From Nitrososphaeraceae archaeon (lineage in GTDB: Archaea; Thermoproteota; Nitrososphaeria; Nitrososphaerales; Nitrososphaeraceae), in contig JBQCDO010000032.1 in NCBI GenBank assembly GCA_051961195.1, positions 1 through 14,459 of the forward strand: a DNA stretch of 14,459 nt. Reading direction: 5' to 3'. The notes beneath the pieces were generated by a model. That model was not told the origin of the DNA, ran no database searches, and saw nothing but the letters and a program-made list of their open reading frames with translations. Positions 7,555-13,989 of the stretch are shown here, piece after piece. The position numbers and the translations under genes are program-made. Each line of letters opens with the position of its first letter. Position 1 is the stretch's first letter.

Positions 7555-7725
7555 ATTCAACCCAGTAAGATAGATTCGTCAAATTCAATCAACCTATTAA
7601 CTATATGTTTAAACGCTTTTGTATTTAATAGGAATATGTTAGATAGTGTAGTAAGTGCATAATAAAGGATTTAGGCTGCAACTAGTCAAATTGCCGCCTA
7701 CGTTAAAGTCTGGATCATCACTACC
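7555..7725 (-). repeat. Arm Y of the diverged inverted repeat (partner 5680-5838)
   Basis: The reverse complement aligns by eye with 5680-5838, roughly three quarters identical with several indels. It carries a 9-bp-stem hairpin: aagtctgga 7706-7714 pairs with tccagactt 7734-7742. Confidence 0.55.
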
Positions 7726-8277
7726 GATAAAAGTCCAGACTTGTTACGCATCCTGGTCTTGTTCGAGCGAAGTGATAATACTTTAGTTAACGAAGTTTTT
7801 ATTAATTGCTCATTTTTTGGAGATAACATGAATCTAATGTTAATTACCTCCCTCTAGGAGAGTATATCATTTAATCCCTCAGAAGAAATATATCATACAA
7901 CTTCTCTTAGTAGTTCAACCATTTAAATCTCATGTATCATAGTGCATTATTATAATGTAAAATCTCAATGAGATTTTGTACTTTCTAAGATACATGACTA
8001 AGCTCTAAATGTGGGCTACACTCCTGTATTAGTGTGTATCCCTCCTAGGATTGATATCTAGATCCAATCTAATAATTGACTGGTTATACATATCTAATAT
8101 TTGTGAAAGATATTGTATATTCAGAAGGACGGACTACAGGTGGGATAATAGACACAAATAGAAAGGATAGAAGATCGATCAGATAACTCAAGGTATATCA
8201 ATCATCTGCTCCACACCCGTAATTATTGTATATTATTTGATATTTATAATAATGATGCTATACATAAATAAATATTG

Positions 8278-8391
8278 ATGTCTACAAGTAGAGATACAAG
8301 TGGAGAACCTGTCTTGTGTAGCAGATGCAATTCAACATTTGAAAGTGAATCTGACTTCATGAAACATTATGATAGTCAGCATAGTTCATAA
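8278..8391 (+). CDS. 37-aa single C2H2 zinc-finger micro-protein (not in the supplied ORF track)
   Basis: The ORF runs from ATG 8278 to TAA 8389-8391 and reads MSTSRDTSGEPVLCSRCNSTFESESDFMKHYDSQHSS. It fits the textbook C-x2-C-x3-F-x5-F-x2-H-x4-H pattern. A TATA-like TTTATAA at 8243-8249 lies about 30 nt upstream. Confidence 0.55.
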   Translation: MSTSRDTSGEPVLCSRCNSTFESESDFMKHYDSQHSS

Positions 8392-8814
8392 AACAATGAG
8401 TTAATTTACCCTATGATAGTAGCTATAGTACTATGAATGTATTTGAAGAATTAGTAGTCTTTTTCTAAGCTACAAGCTACCATATATGCTTAATTATATT
8501 TATAAATTAATTTCCTGGTTAGAAATCACTCATTTTAAATTTTCTGAATCTGCAATGCATCATTTAATGACTTGTTCGATTCATATATTAGTTAATTGAA
8601 TCTAGTCGGTTGTATCATAGATAGTAGATATCCTCTAAGACTGCTGGATTGTCATAACGGTTATCTGTTTGTGTTGTAAATATATACTGCTAGATTGTAT
8701 TTTCGTTGAGGATAAGCCAGGCAAATAAATCATACTAGACAAGATTATTAATAGATAAGATATCACTGCTATGGATGGCCCTTTACAAGCTAAGCCATTG
8801 GTGTAATCCTGTCC

Positions 8815-8831
8815 AGTGCATATTATGCACT
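8815..8831. promoter_or_regulatory. Perfect 17-bp palindrome upstream of the glutaredoxin-like gene (candidate operator)
   Basis: The sequence agtgcata-t-tatgcact was read directly. It lies just upstream of a TATA-like ATTTTATC (about 8848-8856) and about 50 nt upstream of GTG 8880. Confidence 0.3.
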
Positions 8832-8879
8832 AATACAGAACTGATACAATTTTATCTTGCGATTTCCTTTTAAATTTCC

Positions 8880-9149
8880 GTGGTTAAGCGAAAACCAATT
8901 CTACTTTTAGATAAGTCTGATGATTCTATAAAAGCCATTGATCTTTTCAAAAAATTGGGTATTGATTATGTAGAATACGATATTAAGAAATTTGAAGAAG
9001 GTTGTTGCGGTGAGCTACCCACAACCAAAGCTCCCGCAGTTTTTGCGGTTGAAGGAATTTTTAAAGGTTTAGAGAAAATTAATGAATATATTTCATTGAA
9101 GAGAAATAACACTGATTCTGATATCGAGTCAGAAAGTGCATATTGGTGA
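8880..9149 (+). CDS. Glutaredoxin-like (thioredoxin-fold) protein lacking the CxxC active site
   Basis: The ORF encodes 89 aa from a GTG start. Its layout is Grx-like: KPILLL (beta1), AIDLFKKLGIDYVEYDI, TKAPAVFAVEGIFKGLEKINEYI (compare TVPqvFi-g--iGG-d-l). The position of the CPYC motif reads DKSDDS, and a CC pair sits at EEGCCGE. Confidence 0.5.
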   Translation: MVKRKPILLLDKSDDSIKAIDLFKKLGIDYVEYDIKKFEEGCCGELPTTKAPAVFAVEGIFKGLEKINEYISLKRNNTDSDIESESAYW

Positions 9150-9399
9150 TGGTTGAATTGGTCCACTGTACATATAATTTGTAACATCATCAAATCATTT
9201 AAAGCTGCAATGTTTCTATCTACTATTATGAGATATTTCTGCCCCTTTACACACAGAACGTATTCATTTAAAACTGTAACGTTTCAGGAATATATTACAA
9301 TATATTATACTAAATAGCATAAAAATTGAATACTTAATAAATCAATTTACCTTTTAACGAGAATATAATATTACTATGAAATAGGATGAATGATGATGT

Positions 9400-9635
9400 A
9401 CTATCCTATCCATAAGTTTGACATAAAGAGCGGCCTTGTCATAATCTAATCTTTCTGTCGTATTCCTCTAGGGCTATGAAGATAGATTCCAAGTCCATAT
9501 TTTTCTGAACCTGATGGTATTGAGTTCAGGCTAGGATAGTCAATAGCCTAGAGTGAGACAGGCCAACATTCAGGTTATGCACAGTCATATCATGTGTATA
9601 GCCACAATCGACACAGAAAATTATGAAGGATTCAG
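9400..9635 (-). pseudogene. Degraded second copy of the 5' part of the 6740-7364 gene
   Basis: The minus strand reads ...ctgaatcc..atgatatgactgtgcataacc..gctattgactatcctagcctgaactc..atggacttggaatc.. . This parallels ctgaatct..atgaatatgatt..gctcttgattatcctaaacctgaatc..atggatagagac at 7430-7260. The peptides also correspond: AIDYPS / ALDYPK, MDLESIFIALEEY / MDRDKLIETADMV, and DKAALYVKLMD / DEHAFRVMKG. The copy has multiple frameshifts and stops. Confidence 0.45.
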
Positions 9636-9821
9636 ATTTTTGTTCTATAAATCTAATCTATAGCCATTCTTGGTGTATCCAATAAAAATCTACAATAGTA
9701 TTGGCACAGGCATTAAATAGCCCTATCTAACTGATTCACTCATTCATTATGTATTATCATTCTGTAGATTGATTGAATGAGATTATATATCTCGATATGA
9801 TATATTATAAATACATAGGCC

Positions 9822-10070
9822 ATGACGCCCACAACATCGTCAGCCACAGTAAAGAAAACAACATCACGTAATAAGAGGAAACATACGGAAAGAAATCCCA
9901 AGAGATTTGACTACATTCTCGCAGAATTACAGACCATAAAGGATTATGAGGATACAACAATGGACTTCTCTAGGTATAATACCCTGGAAGAGCACATGCA
10001 ACTCTTGGATGAGAGCAATTCCTGGAAAGGCCAGTCGAAAAATAATCATAAACTTGTAGCAAACGTATGA
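9822..10070 (+). CDS. Hypothetical small protein with a basic N-terminus
   Basis: The ORF encodes 82 aa from ATG to TGA, with AT-rich TATA-like sequence upstream (9781-9812). I recognise no family. Confidence 0.35.
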   Translation: MTPTTSSATVKKTTSRNKRKHTERNPKRFDYILAELQTIKDYEDTTMDFSRYNTLEEHMQLLDESNSWKGQSKNNHKLVANV

Positions 10071-10298
10071 ATTATTATAAAGTAACCCGTATTTTCATAA
10101 GGTGACTTTAGTCTAGTATTACTATTCCATTGAAACACCTTACTGATGATGATGCCCTTGTTGGTTTCATAATTTCTGGGTTCATATCTCCTATCTGATT
10201 CCTACTATAGACCAGATACCAATTAGATTTTAGCAGAATATCTTAAGCTGTTCACTTGTTAACGATAAACGAAGAAAATAGGCTGCGAAGAAAGGTAG

Positions 10299-10490
10299 AT
10301 CCTAGAAGTTAAAGCAGACAAGATAGTAGAGCTGCAGCAGACTATAGACGATGTTAAAAGGAAGTTGGGTATAACCTAGGCTGTTATTAAATCAGTGAAG
10401 TTCACTAACATCTCTGGGAAGGATGATAGAGAATATACAATTGCAGAGGCTGATTATGACCCGATTCTGGGTTTGTTGGTAGATCTATGA
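10299..10490 (+). pseudogene. Short coding relic with an in-frame TAG
   Basis: The frame reads ILEVKADKIVELQQTIDDVKRKLGIT-TAG(10377-10379)-AVIKSVKFTNISGKDDREYTIAEADYDPILGLLVDL*. It has no start codon. An adjacent fragment in another frame (EENRLRRKV, about 10270-10300) looks like its continuation. Confidence 0.3.
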
Positions 10491-10806
10491 TCATCGTCAT
10501 TCCATTTATCTTTAGATCGTGAGACGTAAATTCAAGAGCGAAGGTAAACTAATTAACTATCAAAGCTCCTAGGACGCCGAGTTACTTAACCTAATTTTCA
10601 TCGGTGCATTGACTTTTATGTTGATTACTATAGATTTATCCTTCATTGATAATACTTCTGATATTAAGTCAAGAATGGAAAGCAGCGTGTAATATAGAGA
10701 TCATCAGGAATTCTTGCCTGGGATCAGGTATTTAGTAAATGAGTGATATTCAAGACAAATGAATAAATTTAATATTCGTTTAATGTGACAAGATATATCA
10801 ATTTAA

Positions 10807-12093
10807 ATGGCTAAGCCTCAAATTCAATGTCTATTAACCTTAGTATTGGTCGTTATAGTCTCAATTGGACTAATACATACGTTTAATTCTGTTATAGCTC
10901 AACCAGCAGTATTAAGTGCTCCAAATCTAAAGGTGGAATTAGTTGCCCAAGGATTACGATTGCCTACGAGTATGGCATTTTTGGGACCAAACGACATTTT
11001 AGTATTAGAGAAAGAAACTGGAACAGTACAGAGAATCACAAATGGCAAAGTGTTTCCACAACCCTTACTTCAAGTTCCTGTTTCACCAAAAAATGAAAGA
11101 GGTATGCTTGGGATTGCTATTGGAAAGCACAATAATGGTCCTACATACATCTTCCTGTATTATACAGTGTCTGGCAGCGGTGGTGGAGCAAAATCACTTG
11201 CAAATGTTCTTTACAGATATGAATTAGTAAACAATAACAACAATACCCAACAGTTAGGCAATCCTAAACTTCTGCTAAATCTCCCTGCACTTCCTGGCAC
11301 TAATCATAATGGCGGCAAAGTAGTTATTGGTCCTGACAATAACGTGTATACTGTTATTGGAGATCTCAAAACTCATAGAACTCAATCTGAGAATATAGTC
11401 AATGGACCGCCTGCAGATAGCACTGGAGGTATACTAAGAGTTACACAGGATGGTCAACCCGTGCCAAACCCTCCACTCGGGCAGACTACGGCTCCTCTAA
11501 ATCTGTATTATGCCTATGGAATACGCAACAGTTTTGGTATTGGCTTTGATCCCGTGACTAACAAGTTATGGGATACTGAAAATGGTCCTGGATATGGAGA
11601 CGAGATCAATCTTGTTGAACCTGGCTTTAATAGTGGATGGGCACATGTAATGGGAATATGGGCTCCAGAAGGGGCAATAAGAAAAGAGACTGCTGGACCA
11701 GTCATTTCTAATCCATCATCCAACTTGGTAGACTTTGCAGGAAAAGGTAAATACAGACCTCCAGAATTCATATGGCTAAAGCCGGTAGCTCCTACAGCAC
11801 TACAGTTCTCTAATTCCGTAAAACTTGGCAAACAATATCAAAATGATTTGTTTGTGGGAGACTACAAAAATGGCAATATTTATCATTTCAAGCTAAATCA
11901 AGCAAGAACAGGTCTGGTTCTTAACGGAACACTGGCTAACAAGATATCTAATACACCACAGGATAGTCAACCATTAATATTTGCCAGTGGATTTGATGGT
12001 GGAATTACGGATCTACAAGTTGGACCTGATGATGGCTACCTCTACGTTCTTACATTTGCAGGGTCAATATATAGAATAGTTCCAACTTCTTAA
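10807..12093 (+). CDS. PQQ-dependent sugar (glucose/sorbosone-type) dehydrogenase, exported beta-propeller
   Basis: The ORF encodes 428 aa with an N-terminal signal or anchor (LLTLVLVVIVSIGLI). Family blocks present are LPTSMAFLGPNDILVLEKETGTVQRI, ERGMLGIAI, NHNGGKVVIGPDNNVYTVIGD, GGILRVTQDGQPVPNPP and YAYGIRNSFGIGFDPVTNKLWDTENGPGYGDEINLVEPGFNSGW. It ends at TAA. Confidence 0.9.
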   Translation: MAKPQIQCLLTLVLVVIVSIGLIHTFNSVIAQPAVLSAPNLKVELVAQGLRLPTSMAFLGPNDILVLEKETGTVQRITNGKVFPQPLLQVPVSPKNERGMLGIAIGKHNNGPTYIFLYYTVSGSGGGAKSLANVLYRYELVNNNNNTQQLGNPKLLLNLPALPGTNHNGGKVVIGPDNNVYTVIGDLKTHRTQSENIVNGPPADSTGGILRVTQDGQPVPNPPLGQTTAPLNLYYAYGIRNSFGIGFDPVTNKLWDTENGPGYGDEINLVEPGFNSGWAHVMGIWAPEGAIRKETAGPVISNPSSNLVDFAGKGKYRPPEFIWLKPVAPTALQFSNSVKLGKQYQNDLFVGDYKNGNIYHFKLNQARTGLVLNGTLANKISNTPQDSQPLIFASGFDGGITDLQVGPDDGYLYVLTFAGSIYRIVPTS

Positions 12094-12097
12094 CTGA

Positions 12098-12129
12098 TCT
12101 TTCTCTTTTCCTTTCTTTTCTTCATTCCT
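12098..12129 (+). terminator. Pyrimidine/T-rich tract after the dehydrogenase gene (candidate archaeal terminator)
   Basis: The tract tctttctcttttcctttcttttcttcattcc begins 5 nt after the stop codon. Confidence 0.35.
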
Positions 12130-12499
12130 GTAAAAATGTATTTTATGTGTATCTAGCAATTGAGTATGCTCTGATATATCGTTATTCTGAACTGGCTATA
12201 TTAATGATAAATTCGATTCAACGTCTAGAGTCTCTTAATTTTTTCGAACTAGATAGATTACGTAATGATTTGCAATATTTTATGAAATCAAGAACGTAAT
12301 TATATAATTTACAAAAAATAACTTTGTGATGTTCTTCGAAGTGATAAATCTGAAAAGTATAGCTGTAATGCATAATAAACATACTTTGAAGAGGTCCTAC
12401 TTCTTTCTTTGGATGTGGATATTATCAGAATGTAGGAAGTTTTTAGCTATAGGTCTATCCGTTAATTGAACGGCGCCCTGCCAGGAAATACGAAATAGC

Positions 12500-12820
12500 C
12501 TAAGATCCAACTCTTTTCATTTTGGACCCACATTTTGGACACGCAGCTTCCTTATGTTGTGTTCCACAGGCCATGCAATAGTACTTCAATGATGAGTCAT
12601 TACTAATATTAAGCATAGAAGACATTGAATCACTTATTGTATTCATTCGTTTAAGCATTATCCTCCGCATATACACATTTAACAAAATGAATACTCCAAA
12701 TATTACTGCAAGGGATATTGGAAAAGGCAATAAGATAGAAATCGTAAGGCTTATTCCAAACGATATACCTAGCCAAACTAATTGGTTAAGTAGGAATTGC
12801 TTGTTATTGTTGATACTCAT
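12500..12820 (-). CDS. Two-TM membrane protein with a C-terminal zinc ribbon
   Basis: The ORF encodes 106 aa. It has two hydrophobic helices (LVWLGISFGISLTISILLPF, ISLAVIFGVFILLNVY) followed by CMACGTQHKEAACPKCG (CxxC-x9-CxxC). Its start overlaps the upstream stop in an ATGA arrangement at 12817-12820. Confidence 0.6.
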   Translation of the reverse strand: MSINNNKQFLLNQLVWLGISFGISLTISILLPFPISLAVIFGVFILLNVYMRRIMLKRMNTISDSMSSMLNISNDSSLKYYCMACGTQHKEAACPKCGSKMKRVGS

Positions 12821-13083
12821 TCTCGACTTACCCTCATTAATGCTTTTGTACAGCTATTATAAGAATCATCCAAATTTCCTTCAAATCTGTTCTGTAGCTC
12901 GCTGATCCTATACCATATTTTTCTGCCTAGTTCAAAACGTGTTGATACCTTTAGATGATTCAATATGGCGAGTAGCGCAACCGCAGTGGCGGCCGCTGTC
13001 ATAACAGCGGCGGCTGCTACTATTGTCAGAGCTGGTCTTGCTATTATTGTTACTGTTGCTGCTGCAGTTTTGTTGTTATTCAA
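12817..13083 (-). CDS. Small Ala-rich membrane protein, translationally coupled to the zinc-ribbon gene
   Basis: The ORF encodes 88 aa from a TTG start; an alternative start is ATG 13000-13002, giving 61 aa. It has an Ala/Val/Thr-rich hydrophobic N-terminal half and an amphipathic C-terminal half. It overlaps the next gene by 4 nt. The segment is GC-rich relative to its surroundings. Confidence 0.45.
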   Translation of the reverse strand: MNNNKTAAATVTIIARPALTIVAAAAVMTAAATAVALLAILNHLKVSTRFELGRKIWYRISELQNRFEGNLDDSYNSCTKALMRVSRE

Positions 13084-13230
13084 TTTTTGTCTACATCTAT
13101 ATCTAGCATTAGCGTGATTATAAGAATAGGTACAAATTCCAACACTGAATTCCGTATCTGGATTTCAAAACTGGAATTTAGGGGCTTATTTATATATGAT
13201 ATTCTAACAAATAGAGCCGACCTAATTAAA

Positions 13231-13659
13231 ATGACACAGATTCAGATAAGGACTTACAAGCACCAAATTTCTGAAATGCTTGCCATAGCCGCGATGACCT
13301 TACTACTGATCCATATAGCAGATGGATCTATGGAACGTATTGTCAAACACGGATTTTTACCAATAAGTATAGATAAGAGGCCGTCTGGTATATCTAACTT
13401 TGGTATCTTATCAATAATCCTGTTTTTCCTAGCTTTTGGGATTGATATACGAGAGAAGAACAAATCAAATATAACAACTACTCTCCTTATATTGGGAGGT
13501 GCATTTATCGGAACAACCGCGTTAGGAGTATCAGTGATGGACAGCGGCAAAGGGATAGCAACAATTTTGACGGTTTGTGCAATGGGATACGTAATAATGG
13601 GATCAGGCATACTACTAAGAGCAATACAACGTAGGAGAGTTATATCCAAAATTGTCTAA
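13231..13659 (+). CDS. Four-TM integral membrane protein, function unknown
   Basis: I prefer ATG 13231 (MTQIQIRTYKHQISEMLAIAAMTLLLIH...) over the track's 13087 start, whose first 48 codons look non-coding. Four hydrophobic segments are present. A TATA-like TTATTTATATAT lies at 13186-13198. The gene is divergent from the 13083 operon. Confidence 0.6.
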   Translation: MTQIQIRTYKHQISEMLAIAAMTLLLIHIADGSMERIVKHGFLPISIDKRPSGISNFGILSIILFFLAFGIDIREKNKSNITTTLLILGGAFIGTTALGVSVMDSGKGIATILTVCAMGYVIMGSGILLRAIQRRRVISKIV

Positions 13660-13954
13660 ATTATTAGAAGTAAAAGAGCAATTTGAGCAATTGCAAAACA
13701 AGTATGAAGAATCTCTCCCGAAAGTTGACGCAGACGTTATAAATGATCTACTAATTCGTCAGCGAGAAAATCCTCTAGTCACACCAGTCTATATGCTAGA
13801 AGTCTTTACCAAAGAAGGAATTGATTCTCAAAAAGCTAAGGATTTCATATTTCAAAAGACTGGAATGATGCCTGCAATATGTGACAGTGGCACTCATTAC
13901 GTAACAAATCAAAAACTAATACTAGAGGTGCTCAAAGAAAACCTGATTGACTGA
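13652..13954 (+). CDS. Hypothetical soluble domain, probably the N-terminal fragment of the disrupted gene continuing to 14459
   Basis: The ORF encodes 100 aa from a TTG start that overlaps the upstream stop by 8 nt. The protein-like text includes ...PVYMLEVFTKEGIDSQKAKDFIFQKTGMMPAICDSGTHYVTNQKLILEVLKE. Same-strand protein-like frames follow immediately. Confidence 0.5.
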   Translation: MSKLLEVKEQFEQLQNKYEESLPKVDADVINDLLIRQRENPLVTPVYMLEVFTKEGIDSQKAKDFIFQKTGMMPAICDSGTHYVTNQKLILEVLKENLID

Positions 13955-13989
13955 AGACGTTTTTAGGAGTTACTGGAGAATATATTGAT

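Noticed and set aside
7435-7662. The 75-aa plus-strand ORF
   Set aside because: It lies antisense to the long stop-interrupted minus-strand frame, which continues in the same phase into ORF 6939-7277 and has a paralogue at 5680-5838. I judge the minus strand to be the ancestral coding strand, though this is not certain.
8966-9193. The 75-aa minus-strand ORF
   Set aside because: It is antisense to the glutaredoxin-like ORF, which has recognisable fold motifs.
9150-9308. A 52-codon open extension after the TGA stop of the glutaredoxin-like gene
   Set aside because: The extension (WLNWSTVHIICNIIKSFKAAMFLSTIMRYFCPFTHRTY...) is Cys/Phe/Ile-rich and not protein-like. The Grx fold is already complete before the stop, so this is probably chance.
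10146-10198. A candidate C/D-box sRNA (ATGATGA at 10146-10152, CTGA at 10195-10198, spacing about right)
   Set aside because: There are no recognisable D-prime or C-prime boxes and no terminal stem. TGATGA and CTGA are frequent by chance in this composition.
11042-11831. ORFs 11042-11227 (+) and 11514-11831 (-) inside the dehydrogenase gene
   Set aside because: They are an alternative-frame ORF and an antisense ORF within a confidently identified 428-aa gene.
12687-12905. The 72-aa plus-strand ORF, and likewise 13254-13649 on the minus strand
   Set aside because: They are antisense to membrane-protein ORFs that show TM-helix periodicity and translational coupling. They are shadow ORFs.
13087-13230. 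The N-terminal 48 codons of track ORF 13087-13659
   Set aside because: They depend on a non-ATG start, span the divergent promoter and TATA region, and read as low-complexity sequence (STSISSISVIIRIGTNSN). ATG 13231 is a better start.
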